Counted from the first letter of the stretch, positions 30,064 through 39,940 are shown. The stretch: DNA of 64,000 nt from Pyrinomonadaceae bacterium (GCA_046313635.1 JBKBYA010000004.1:128001-192000); one strand, 5' to 3'. The notes: generated by a model not told the origin, from the sequence alone. Translations and numbers: made by a program.

Positions 30064-31455
30064 TCAGTCGAGTAAGTATCTCTTGCCCGCCTCGAGGAGC
30101 CTTTCGACATCGTCCATCGAGTCGCTCTCGGCATAGATCCGGACCATCGGCTCGGTGCCCGACGGACGCATCAGCATCCAAGCTCCGCCGGCGAAAAAGT
30201 ACTTCACGCCGTCGAGACGATTTACGTTTTCAACCTTGCGGCCCGCGATCTCGGACGGGTCGGCCGCGAGTTTTTCTTTCAGCTTCTCGGCGACCTCCGG
30301 CGTGAGCCTGACGCCGATCCGGTCGGAGTAAAGCCGCCCGACTCTCGACCACAGCTCCGAGAGCTGCTCGGTCAGTGAAGCCTTTCTCACGGCGACGGCC
30401 TCGACCGCCAAAAGGCACGCGAGAATGCCGTCCTTCTCGGGGTAGTGGCCCTTGATCGAGAGCCCGGCCGATTCTTCGCCGCCGAGAATGATCGCGTCCT
30501 TGTTTATCAATTCGCCGATGAACTTAAACCCCACCGGCGTTTCAAAAAGCTCGAGTCCGCGGGCCTCGGCGACCCGGTCGACCAAGTGAGAGGTCGCAAC
30601 GCTGCGTGCGACACCGTCCTTCCAACCGCGGCTCTCGGCCAAATAATCTGTCAATACGGCGATCAGCTCGTTCGGCGTGATAAATGTGCCGTTAGAGTCG
30701 ATGATGCCGAATCGGTCCGCGTCGCCGTCGGTCGCAAGACCGAGCGTGAGATCCTTTTCAATGACGAGCGACTTGAGTTCGGCGATGTGCTCCTCGCCCG
30801 GTTCCGGGGCCTGGCCGCCAAAGGTAACGTCCCGCCAGTCGTGAAGCGTCTCTACCGCGAGCCCGTGGTCTCGCAGGACCTTGTCCAAATAACCTCGGCC
30901 CGTGCCCCACAGCGGATCGTAAGCGAACCGGCCGCCTGCCGACGCGATCGCGTTAAAGTCGATCTTGGCGGCGAGGTCCGCAAGATAAATGTCTCTTGCG
31001 TCAAGATCGTCGACCGATCCTCCCGGGGCGTCGTCGACGGCTAGTTCAGGGTCGACGATCGCCGCCTCGATCTGCGAGGTGACCTCAGGCAGGGCCGGTG
31101 CCCCGTCGGCGGTCGAGAACTTGATCCCCTGATACTCGGGCGGATTGTGCGACGCGGTGAAATTGATGCCGCCGGCCGCACCCTTGCTGCGAATCGCGAA
31201 CGAGATCGCCGGTGTCGGCGTGGTGCCGCTGCAGCGCAAGACCCTAAAGCCCTTGGACGCCGCGATATTCGCCGCGACCGAGACAAAGCTTTCACCCATG
31301 AACCGCGAGTCGTTGCCGATCACTATCGGCCGCGCACTTTCGCCATTCGTTTTCAAATAGCTGCATATCGCCTTGGTGACAAGCTCGACGTTAGCGAACG
31401 TGAATTCATCGGCGATCACGGCCCGCCAGCCGGACGTTCCAAAGCGAATCGACAT
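30064..31455 (-). CDS. Phosphoglucomutase/phosphomannomutase family protein
   Basis: FGTSGWR, TASHNP, DGDADR, GEESAG, RPSGTEP. Confidence 0.95.
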   Translation of the reverse strand: MSIRFGTSGWRAVIADEFTFANVELVTKAICSYLKTNGESARPIVIGNDSRFMGESFVSVAANIAASKGFRVLRCSGTTPTPAISFAIRSKGAAGGINFTASHNPPEYQGIKFSTADGAPALPEVTSQIEAAIVDPELAVDDAPGGSVDDLDARDIYLADLAAKIDFNAIASAGGRFAYDPLWGTGRGYLDKVLRDHGLAVETLHDWRDVTFGGQAPEPGEEHIAELKSLVIEKDLTLGLATDGDADRFGIIDSNGTFITPNELIAVLTDYLAESRGWKDGVARSVATSHLVDRVAEARGLELFETPVGFKFIGELINKDAIILGGEESAGLSIKGHYPEKDGILACLLAVEAVAVRKASLTEQLSELWSRVGRLYSDRIGVRLTPEVAEKLKEKLAADPSEIAGRKVENVNRLDGVKYFFAGGAWMLMRPSGTEPMVRIYAESDSMDDVERLLEAGKRYLLD

Positions 31456-32153
31456 ACCTCGAAGTCAAAGATGCCTACTGCAACCTTCCCTGGGTTGAGA
31501 TTAATCAACGATGCTGCTGTTGACTGAATGTAGTTGTCGGGTAAAGAGCTGAACTTCTTCCCTTGAAGTGAGAGTGAATTTAGCACACGGAAAATTTGTT
31601 TGTAAAGTGTGCTTAAAATTAATTTTTGATCTGCCGTATCAACGATTTGAGAGGGCTCGCCTAACGTGCTCAGTAACAGCTGCGCTTAACAGTGAACGGA
31701 TGGTGAACATAAAATCGGGCCGAACGCACGGCCCATTCAAAGCCTATATCGCAAGCGGCAGCGTGCGGCCAGCCGTGCAGCGAATGTTCGATCGCAGCGT
31801 CGAGCTGGCGGCCGCGATTAAACCAGTGTTTAATCCGGCAGTGTTGCGACGATGATTCCTAAGCGCTTTGACGGCAAACCGCGGTGTGTCAGAATGCCAC
31901 CACGGGGCGAACATAGTTGCAATTGTGTCATTGTGAGCCGGACGGGCCGGGCCGGTCTCGCTCCCGTAATAGGTTTAAATGCATCTATTTCAGCCTTTAA
32001 CCCAGTTGCTTTGTGCCGGCTGCGGGTGGCATAGTCATTGCTCCACACGGTCGGAATCTTTTTGTATTGTTCGCTCGCCCGATTCGAAAAATGACAATTT
32101 GAACGTTGGTTATTTGCTCTTGCGGGGCGGCGATCTGTTTGGGAGAAGGAATA

Positions 32154-34178
32154 ATGAGACCTGTAAAACACTTTGAGAAGGGATTGACCTATGTGGCGTC
32201 CGGGCTGTTCAACGCTATCAGATCGGTGAATCAGTTCAAACCAAATCCATCATTCACACCGAAGTGGGCGGACAGACCCATTCTCAAGTCGTGGGAGAAG
32301 TCCAAGCCGACGCTCGGCTTTCCGCGTCAGACCGATTCGCTCTGTCCGAACTGCGTGATCGAGGCCCGCGAGGAGATCCTCGCCGGCAAGCGCGACGTTT
32401 CGACGCTGATCAACGAGAAGGTCGGTGAGATCAAGGCCCAGATCATCGAACGCGACGGTCAGATCTGGATGATCAAGGACTGCCCGCAGCACGGCCACTT
32501 TGAGGACCTGATGGCTATCGACTCCGAGTTTCTCAAGCACATCGAGTCGCTCTTCCCGGGCCGCGACATGCAGTCGCACAACGACGAGAAACTTCACAAT
32601 CACGGCTCGTCGTCGATCAAGTACGGCCGCGGCGCGGTCCTCACGGTCGACCTGACGAATCGCTGCAACATGATGTGCGACCCTTGCTTCATGGACGCGA
32701 ACCAGGTCGGCTTCGTTCACGAGCTGTCGATGGAGGACGTCAAGGAGATCCTCGACAACGCCATCTCGATCAAGCCGCGTCGTCAGATGTCGGTGCAGTA
32801 TTCGGGCGGTGAGCCGACGCTGTCGCCGCACTTTATCGAGGCCATCCGATATGCTCGCAAGGTCGGCTACAACTCGGTCCAGGCAGCGACCAACGGTATC
32901 GAGTTTGCCAAGTCAAAAGAATTCTGCCGCCAGGCGGCCGAGGCCGGACTTCGCTTTGTTTACCTGCAGTTTGACGGCATCGGTAACGACGCCAACTCGC
33001 ACCGTCAGATCGGCAACCTGTTTGACGTCAAGCTGCGTGCGATCAACAACCTGCACGAGGCAGGCGTCGACATCATCCTCGTTACGACGCTCGTCAACGG
33101 CATCAACAACGACCAGGTCGGATCGATCATCCGCTTCGCTCTGGACAATCCGAAAAAGATCTCGTTCATCGCCTTCCAGCCGGTCTCGTTTACGGGCCGC
33201 GACGAGCACATCACCGAGCAGCGTCGCCTGCAGCAGCGCTACACGCTGTCGCACCTCGCGCAGGACGTGCAGAAGCAGGTCGGCATCACCGAGCCGACGC
33301 GTGACTGGTTCCCGCTCTCGCTGATGGGTGCATTCGCGGACTTTGCGGACGTGGTCCACGGGCCCGAGGCCGAATGGGGACAGGTCAGCTGCGGCTGCCA
33401 CCCGAACTGCGGCGTCGGTACCGCGGTGATGGTCAACAAGGAAACAAAGGAGATGGCTCCCGTGCCGCAGTTCCTGAACATTCAGGGCCTCGTCCGCGAC
33501 ATGCAGCACATCACCGACACCAACCGCGGAAAGTGGTTCTCAAACTTTATGATGGGCCTCGCGCTCCTCAAGAACTACAACCCGTACGGCGCTCCCGAGA
33601 GCCTGACGCTCGGCGGCATCCTGAAAAAGTTTGACAAGTCGTTTGGCCTGTCGGGCAAGGATTACGGCAAGGTCGGTCCCGACCGCACGATGGAGGACAT
33701 CGAAAAGCGTCGTCAAGACCCGTGGAACTTCCTCTTCATCGCCGGAATGTGGTTTCAGGACCTCTTCAATTACGACTTCCGCCGCACGGAGATGTGCATC
33801 ATCCCCTACGGCACTCAGGAGGGCGAGATCTCGTTCTGTGCCTACAACACCGGCATCGGCTGGCGCAACATCATCGAGCATATGCACCAGAATGCGACCG
33901 TCGCGCAGTGGTACAAAGAGCACGGGCGTCACGAGGTATTCGCTCGCGGCAAGCACGTCGAGCTCGGCGAGGCGACGCACAGCCTCGTCCTGAACGAGGT
34001 CGACCTGCAGCGTCCGAACAAGCCGCACATGGACGGCCCGAAGACCGCCGCCGAGGAGATGCAGATGATGCGCAAACTCTACCAGCAGATGGTCCTCGAA
34101 AAGAATCAGATCAAGGGCGAAAACCTCGTCCAGATCGGCGGTCTGAAAAAAGAGAAACAGGAAACGGCCGGAGCCTAA
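32154..34178 (+). CDS. Radical SAM protein with N-terminal Cys/His zinc-binding-like region (MJ0619/Tes-like family)
   Basis: CxxxCxxC motif (RCNMMCDPC); N-terminal SLCPNC...KDCPQHG; SGGEPT; YLQFDG; GCHPNCG; C-terminal MWFQDLFNYDFRRTEMCII...ISFCAYN. The start ATG at 32154 follows AGAAGGA. Confidence 0.88.
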   Translation: MRPVKHFEKGLTYVASGLFNAIRSVNQFKPNPSFTPKWADRPILKSWEKSKPTLGFPRQTDSLCPNCVIEAREEILAGKRDVSTLINEKVGEIKAQIIERDGQIWMIKDCPQHGHFEDLMAIDSEFLKHIESLFPGRDMQSHNDEKLHNHGSSSIKYGRGAVLTVDLTNRCNMMCDPCFMDANQVGFVHELSMEDVKEILDNAISIKPRRQMSVQYSGGEPTLSPHFIEAIRYARKVGYNSVQAATNGIEFAKSKEFCRQAAEAGLRFVYLQFDGIGNDANSHRQIGNLFDVKLRAINNLHEAGVDIILVTTLVNGINNDQVGSIIRFALDNPKKISFIAFQPVSFTGRDEHITEQRRLQQRYTLSHLAQDVQKQVGITEPTRDWFPLSLMGAFADFADVVHGPEAEWGQVSCGCHPNCGVGTAVMVNKETKEMAPVPQFLNIQGLVRDMQHITDTNRGKWFSNFMMGLALLKNYNPYGAPESLTLGGILKKFDKSFGLSGKDYGKVGPDRTMEDIEKRRQDPWNFLFIAGMWFQDLFNYDFRRTEMCIIPYGTQEGEISFCAYNTGIGWRNIIEHMHQNATVAQWYKEHGRHEVFARGKHVELGEATHSLVLNEVDLQRPNKPHMDGPKTAAEEMQMMRKLYQQMVLEKNQIKGENLVQIGGLKKEKQETAGA

Positions 34179-34204
34179 GATCGGCACTCCGTTTCGATGG
34201 ACGT

Positions 34205-34240
34205 AAAAGCCTCGCGGCCCACCGCCGCGAGGCTTTTTGC
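34205..34240 (+). terminator. Intrinsic terminator after the radical SAM gene
   Basis: aaaagcctcgcgg-cccac-cgccgcgaggctttttg hairpin with T-tail. Confidence 0.75.
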
Positions 34241-34349
34241 TTCCAGGCTCGGGGCCGAGCTCGACCGTCCTTCGGGCTCGTTGACTTCGACGCGTCGGCA
34301 GGCAATAATCTGCCACTTGATCTTTTAAGAAATTGCTCCGGTCGTGCCG

Positions 34350-34500
34350 CAGTCGATGTGCGGCCGCCGAGGGGAAGCGGGTGAGAATCCCGCACGATCG
34401 CGTCACCGTGAATCGATTAGGTTGCGAAGCCGGTTCGGATGTTCTTAATCCGCACTCCGCGTTCCGCATTCCGCATTCGAAAGTCGGGCCGCCTCGCCGG
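34350..34500 (+). promoter_or_regulatory. Probable cobalamin riboswitch upstream of btuF
   Basis: The sequence gaggggaagcgggtgagaatcccgcacgatcgcgtcaccgtga matches the Cbl core (GGGAA.cGGTG.aAatCC...c.Gtga), and a downstream aagtcggg..gcc resembles the 3' element. It precedes B12 ABC transporter genes. Boundaries are approximate. Confidence 0.65.
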
Positions 34501-34641
34501 AGCTGTTTGCCTCGAGATGTTCGCGCTAAGCATCTGCGGCAGGAAGATTCGGAAGCTTAGCTCCAAGCTAAAACGCCTTGTTTTCCGGCTCCGTCGATGC
34601 GGGCCGCGAAAGCAAGGCGTTTTGATTTGAGCAGGTAGATC

Positions 34642-35568
34642 TTGGAACAGAAACAAAAACAGATCCTCGGTGCCGGCCGTGCCGGCGTAGTTGCGGCGTT
34701 GGCGCTGTGCATCGCAATGTCCATCGCGTGTTCGCAAAGCGAGGCTAATGATTCGTCAGCCTATCGAGGCCCGGTCGCCGCCGTAGTCCTGAGGGATGAC
34801 CTTGGACGAGAAGTGAAGCTGCCCGCGAATGTCCGGCGTGCCGTTTCGCTTGCGCCGAGCGTTACCGAATTGATCTTCGCAGCCGGCGGGGGCGACCGGC
34901 TTGTCGGCGTGACGAGCTACTGCGACTATCCAGAAGCCGCGCTTTCGATCGGGAAGGTCGGCGACACGCAGACGCCGAACATCGAGCGGATCGTCGCGCT
35001 CAAGCCGGACGTCGTATTCGTCTCGACCGCTTCGCAGCTTGAGGCTTTTACCTCGACGCTCGCCGAGCAGAACATCGCGGTCTACGTTATCGATCCGAAA
35101 GACATCGGCGAGGTGACAAAGAAGCTCCGAGACCTCGGCGAGATATTCGGCACATCGCAGCTCGCCGACGCTGCCGCTGCCGAACTCGAACGCCGGGCAG
35201 CCGTCGTCGCCGCGAAGGACGGCGTCCGGCCGCGCGTCTTTGTACAGATCTCGCGCGAGCCGCTGTTTGCGGTGGGCCGCACGTCTTTTATCGCCCCGCT
35301 GGTCGAGCGTGCCGGCGGCGAGCTTGTGACCAAGGACATCGCGTCCGCATTTCCCAAGCTCAGCAAAGAGACCGCGTCGGCGATGGCTCCCGACGTTATC
35401 GTCCTCTCTGACAGCGAAGACAATCGCGAGCCGAACGACGCATTCAAAAATTCGCCCGCGGTTTTGAATGGCCGCGTTTACCGGATCGACGCCGACATCA
35501 TCTCGCGGCCCGGCCCGCGGCTTGTCGATGCGCTCGAGCAGATCTCGGGCTTTTTACGCGGGCGATGA
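34642..35568 (+). CDS. btuF: Cobalamin ABC transporter substrate-binding lipoprotein
   Basis: Lipobox-like SIAC; RAVSLAPSVTELIFA; VGVTSYCDYP; SRPGPRL. Confidence 0.85.
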   Translation: MEQKQKQILGAGRAGVVAALALCIAMSIACSQSEANDSSAYRGPVAAVVLRDDLGREVKLPANVRRAVSLAPSVTELIFAAGGGDRLVGVTSYCDYPEAALSIGKVGDTQTPNIERIVALKPDVVFVSTASQLEAFTSTLAEQNIAVYVIDPKDIGEVTKKLRDLGEIFGTSQLADAAAAELERRAAVVAAKDGVRPRVFVQISREPLFAVGRTSFIAPLVERAGGELVTKDIASAFPKLSKETASAMAPDVIVLSDSEDNREPNDAFKNSPAVLNGRVYRIDADIISRPGPRLVDALEQISGFLRGR

Positions 35569-36521
35569 ATAGAGGTCGATCGTCGATATTCCTCCTGCTC
35601 GCGCTGCTGCTGCTCGGAGCACTCACGCTCGGCGCCGCGGTCGGCAGCGAATGGATAAACGTCTTTGATCTCTCTCACGAGACGCGGGCGATCCTCCTCG
35701 ACATTCGCCTGCCGCGCGTTCTGCTGGCCGCGAGCGTGGGGGCCGGCCTAGCGGTCGCCGGAGCGGCGCTGCAGTCGCTTTTAAGGAATCCGCTCGCCGA
35801 GCCGTATCTGCTCGGCGTCTCGAATGGGGCCGCGCTGGGCACGATGCTCGCGTTGGTGCTGTTTGAGCAGGTCGCTTTTGCGAGGCCTCTGCTCGCTTTT
35901 GCCGGGGCTGTCGCGGCGACGCTGCTCGTTTACCAGATGGCACGCAGCCGCGCGGGAATGAATGTCGAGCGGCTCGTGCTCTCGGGCGTGATCGTGACGA
36001 CGTTCCTGTCGTCGATCATCGTCCTGCTGACGACGCTACTCGACGCGGCGCGGCTGCGGGGGTTTACGTTTTGGCTGCTCGGCGATCTCTCGCAGGCGAC
36101 GTGGCAGGGATTTTATTTGACGGTCGTCGCCGCGGTGTTGGGGACAATCGTTCTCTCGTCGCAGGCCCGCGGCCTGAACCTGATGATGATCGGCGAACGC
36201 GACGCTATCGACTATGGCGTCGAGGTCGGCCGCGTGCGAATGATCGTTTTCGGCACGGCGAGCATGCTTGTCGGGGCCGCCGTCGCAGCGAGCGGCTCGG
36301 TCGGCTACGTCGGCCTCATCGTGCCGCATCTGATCAGGCTGGCCATCGGCCGCAGCGATAATCGGATCGTCGTGCCGGCGTCGGCACTTGCCGGCGGAGC
36401 TTTCGTCGTGCTGGCCGACGCCTTTGCCCGCACCGCGATCGCACCGCGCGAGCTGCCCGTCGGAGCGATCACCGCGCTGATCGGAGCCCCGCTATTTATT
36501 TACTTATTGAGGCGAGGTTAA
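35565..36521 (+). CDS. btuC: FecCD/BtuC family ABC permease
   Basis: IRLPRVLLA, RNPLAEPYLLGVS, GYVGLIVPH, ELPVG; ATGA overlap with btuF. Confidence 0.88.
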   Translation: MNRGRSSIFLLLALLLLGALTLGAAVGSEWINVFDLSHETRAILLDIRLPRVLLAASVGAGLAVAGAALQSLLRNPLAEPYLLGVSNGAALGTMLALVLFEQVAFARPLLAFAGAVAATLLVYQMARSRAGMNVERLVLSGVIVTTFLSSIIVLLTTLLDAARLRGFTFWLLGDLSQATWQGFYLTVVAAVLGTIVLSSQARGLNLMMIGERDAIDYGVEVGRVRMIVFGTASMLVGAAVAASGSVGYVGLIVPHLIRLAIGRSDNRIVVPASALAGGAFVVLADAFARTAIAPRELPVGAITALIGAPLFIYLLRRG

Positions 36522-36578
36522 AGATCGTCGAAGGTCAATTAGTAATTAACCAATTACTAATTATTAATTAGTTTTCAG

Positions 36579-37349
36579 ATGCTGACGGCTGTCGACATTT
36601 CGGTGAAGTTTGGTTCGCGACGCGTGCTCGAGCGGGTCAGTTTAGATCTCGACCGCGGCGAGACCCTCGCGCTCGTCGGGCCGAACGGGGCCGGTAAGAC
36701 GACGCTTATCCGAACGCTCAACGGCACGCTGCCGATCGCGTCGGGCAAGATCGTGCTCGACGGTCGAAAGCTGGATGAAATGTCGCGACGAGAGATCTCG
36801 CGCCGCATCGCTGTAGTCGCGCAGGAGAACGAGACGAAGTTTCCGGTCACGGTGCTCGAGTTTGTCTTGACCGGGCGATTCGTGCACGGCCGCGCCTTCG
36901 GCTGGGAGACCGACGACGACGTTCGCATCGCCGAACGAGCGCTTGCAGACTGCGATCTTGCCGATCACAAAAGCCGTCTGATGAACGAGCTCTCGGGCGG
37001 CGAGCGCCAGCGTGTCGTGCTCGCACGCGCGCTGGCGAGCGGTGCCGATATCCTTTTGCTCGACGAGCCCACGGCGAATCTCGACCTCGCGCACCAGGCG
37101 ATGATGTTTCGTCTCGTCCGCGAACGCTGCCGCGGCTGCGGCGGCTCGGCTGTAGTGATCACGCACGACCTTAATCTCGCTGCGCAATTCGCCGACCGCA
37201 TCGTGATGCTGAAGGGCGGGCGAGTATTTGCAACGGGCGCTCCGGGTGAGGTTTTGACCGCCGAGAATATCGCCGCGGTCTTCGGCGTCGACGTCCTGCT
37301 CGACGCAAATCCGCGGAGCGGCAGCATCCGCGTGACTAATCTGTTTTGA
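36579..37349 (+). CDS. btuD: ABC transporter ATP-binding subunit (cobalamin/iron-siderophore type)
   Basis: GPNGAGKT, LSGGERQR, LLDEPT, THDLNLA. Confidence 0.88.
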   Translation: MLTAVDISVKFGSRRVLERVSLDLDRGETLALVGPNGAGKTTLIRTLNGTLPIASGKIVLDGRKLDEMSRREISRRIAVVAQENETKFPVTVLEFVLTGRFVHGRAFGWETDDDVRIAERALADCDLADHKSRLMNELSGGERQRVVLARALASGADILLLDEPTANLDLAHQAMMFRLVRERCRGCGGSAVVITHDLNLAAQFADRIVMLKGGRVFATGAPGEVLTAENIAAVFGVDVLLDANPRSGSIRVTNLF

Positions 37350-37480
37350 ATTCGAGAAGCGGTCGACAGATCGCTTCAATGTTTGGCAGACGTCGTGGAG
37401 GAAGTCCGGTGAAAAGCCGGCACTGCCCACGCAACCGTGATCCATTCTCCCACCGAGAGTCGGGAACTCCGCGGCGTTTG
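37350..37480 (+). promoter_or_regulatory. Cobalamin riboswitch upstream of btuB
   Basis: gaggaagtccggtgaaaagccggcactgcccacgcaaccgtga...gagagtcgggaactcc matches the Cbl riboswitch core and 3' element, directly upstream of a TonB receptor. Boundaries are approximate. Confidence 0.8.
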
Positions 37481-37525
37481 TTTGGCACTTGAATCGTCCT
37501 GCGATGGGCAGGAGAGGGAAATTTG

Positions 37526-39940
37526 ATGAGCACACTCAAACTGATCGTAATTTTTACAGCACTTACTTTTTTGAATTTTGGACAGCTGCCCGCATCGGCG
37601 CAGCAGGCGGGCAGATCCGGGTCGCTCGCGGGACGCGTCACGCAGAAGGGTGCTCCCGTCGCGGGAGCGAGGGTCGAGGCGACCGTTCACGACCCGGCAG
37701 GGAACAAGACCACGGCGACGACCACAGACGCCGACGGGCGATACCGTTTGGACGATCTGAAACCGGGCGACTATATGGTCATCGCCGAGGGCGAACGCGG
37801 CAAGGGCATCGCCTATCGCGACTCCGTGAAGGTCGGAGCGGGCCAGAATGTCGCCCTCGACCTCGTGCTCAATATGGATGACTACAAGGTCTTTGAGTCC
37901 ACGTTCAGGCTGAGCGAGATCGTGCAGGTTGCGGCCGACCTGCCTCAATCTATCGACGAGGTTTCAAAGACAGTGAATGTGATCGGCGCCGACGAGATGC
38001 GCGAGCGGGCTGATATCACTCTCGTCGACAGCCTGCGGACGATACCGGGATTTCGCGTGCAGCAGCTCGGCGGATTTGGCCGCACGGCGTCGATCAAGAC
38101 GCGCGGGTTGAGGAATCAGGATACCGCTATGTTGATCGACGGCGTACGCCTGCGCGACGCGGCGTCGATCACCGGTGACGCGACGCCGTTCTTGAGCGAC
38201 CTCACATTGACGAGCGTGAGCCGAGTCGAGGTACTTCGAGGTTCGGGTTCGTCCGTTTACGGCACGAACGCGATCGGCGGCGTGATCGATCTAGTCACGC
38301 CCGAGCCGCAGCCCGGCCCGCACGGGCAGGTGTCATTCGCAGCCGGCGGATTGGGCCTCGCGAGGTTTCGCGGGAATTTCTCCGACACCGCAAATGGCGG
38401 CCGCTTCGGCTTTAACGCCGCGGTCTCGCGCACCGTTTACACAAAGGGCATCGACGGCCAGGACGACGCGCATAATACGAATTTCCAGAGCAAGATCGAC
38501 TATCGGCCATGGGAGGAGACGGTCGTCTCGGGCCGATTCTTTGTCTCGGACGCGTACGTCCGCCTCAACGACAGCCCCGATACTTTTGGCGTTTTGCCGT
38601 CGACGAATCGCGGCATCATCGACGCGGTCGCCGGTCGAACGTTCGTTCCCGACCGCAACGATCCTAACAGCACGCAGCGTTCAAAATTCGTGAATGCGCA
38701 GCTCGTCTTCAATCACGTCTTCAACGCAAAGACCGTCCTGCAGGCGTGGTACTCCGGCCTCAAGACCTCGCGCAAGAATGACGACAGTTTTTTCACCGCG
38801 GGCACACGATCCGGCTCGGCGAGCTTTTTTGACGGGCTGATCCAGACCGCGCACGCTCACGTCGACTGGTCTGCGAGCGAAAATAATCGCCTCGTCCTCG
38901 GCTACGAATATGAGAACGAGAAATTCGGCAACCGCGGCGAATCATTTCCCGGCGGGTCGCTCAACTTTTTCACGCGGGCTTATCAATCGAGCAACACATT
39001 TTATGCGCAGGACCTCGTGTCGCTGCTCGACGGCCGTTTGAATCTCGCGGGCGGCGTGCGGGCGCAGATCTTTGGGCTCTCCGATCCGAAGTTCAGCACG
39101 GCGAACGCGCCGTATTCAAACCTCACGCTCGACAACCCGCCGACCGCTTACACCTTTGACGGCTCGGCGGCGTACTTCTTCGCAAAGACAAACACCAAGC
39201 TGCGCGCGCACGTCGGCAACGGTTACCGCGTGCCCTCGCTGTACGAGCGGTTCGGCTCGTTTTACAGCACGTTCTTTAACCCGCCGTTTGTCGCGCTCGG
39301 CGATCCGAATCTTGAGCCCGAGCGGTCGATCGCGTTCGATGCCGGCATCGAACAACTCCTCGGCGGCCGCGCGCGTCTGACGGCCGTATATTTTTACACG
39401 CGGCTGATCGATACGATCGGCTACGGCAACGTCGTCCGCTCGATCGGCTCGACCGCGCGGCCCTTTGGCGGTTACGAAAATCAAAAAGGCGGCATCGCTC
39501 GCGGCGGCGAATTCAGCGCGACGTATTCGCCGGTAAATTCGACGAGCATCTTCACGTCCTATACCTACACAAACAGCGACCAGCGCTCGCCGCAGGTGTC
39601 GGGCAGCGGCGTCGTGCGGACGCTCGGCATTCCGGAGCATCAGTTCACGCTCGTCGCGACGCAGCGGATCAAGCGGTTTTGGGCGAGCTTCGACTTCACG
39701 GGCACGTCCGATTATCTCGCGCCGATCTTTAGCGGATCGAACTTCCAGACCTACGTCTACCGCTTCCGCGGCCAGCGCCGCGGCGACCTGACGGCCGGCT
39801 ACAACTTCACGATGCGGCGGGACAAGCTGAACCTGCGCGTCTTCGGCACCGTCGAGAATGTCTTTGACGACGAGTACTACGAGAACGGATTTCGCACGCC
39901 CGGCCGCAACGGCCGCATCGGCGTGAGCTTCGGTTTTTAG
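37526..39940 (+). CDS. btuB: TonB-dependent receptor, probable cobalamin transporter, with N-terminal carboxypeptidase regulatory-like domain
   Basis: Signal peptide; plug motif RVEVLRGSGSSVYGTNAIGGVI; C-terminal NVFDDEY...PGRNGRIGVSFGF; riboswitch and ABC context. Confidence 0.85.
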   Translation: MSTLKLIVIFTALTFLNFGQLPASAQQAGRSGSLAGRVTQKGAPVAGARVEATVHDPAGNKTTATTTDADGRYRLDDLKPGDYMVIAEGERGKGIAYRDSVKVGAGQNVALDLVLNMDDYKVFESTFRLSEIVQVAADLPQSIDEVSKTVNVIGADEMRERADITLVDSLRTIPGFRVQQLGGFGRTASIKTRGLRNQDTAMLIDGVRLRDAASITGDATPFLSDLTLTSVSRVEVLRGSGSSVYGTNAIGGVIDLVTPEPQPGPHGQVSFAAGGLGLARFRGNFSDTANGGRFGFNAAVSRTVYTKGIDGQDDAHNTNFQSKIDYRPWEETVVSGRFFVSDAYVRLNDSPDTFGVLPSTNRGIIDAVAGRTFVPDRNDPNSTQRSKFVNAQLVFNHVFNAKTVLQAWYSGLKTSRKNDDSFFTAGTRSGSASFFDGLIQTAHAHVDWSASENNRLVLGYEYENEKFGNRGESFPGGSLNFFTRAYQSSNTFYAQDLVSLLDGRLNLAGGVRAQIFGLSDPKFSTANAPYSNLTLDNPPTAYTFDGSAAYFFAKTNTKLRAHVGNGYRVPSLYERFGSFYSTFFNPPFVALGDPNLEPERSIAFDAGIEQLLGGRARLTAVYFYTRLIDTIGYGNVVRSIGSTARPFGGYENQKGGIARGGEFSATYSPVNSTSIFTSYTYTNSDQRSPQVSGSGVVRTLGIPEHQFTLVATQRIKRFWASFDFTGTSDYLAPIFSGSNFQTYVYRFRGQRRGDLTAGYNFTMRRDKLNLRVFGTVENVFDDEYYENGFRTPGRNGRIGVSFGF

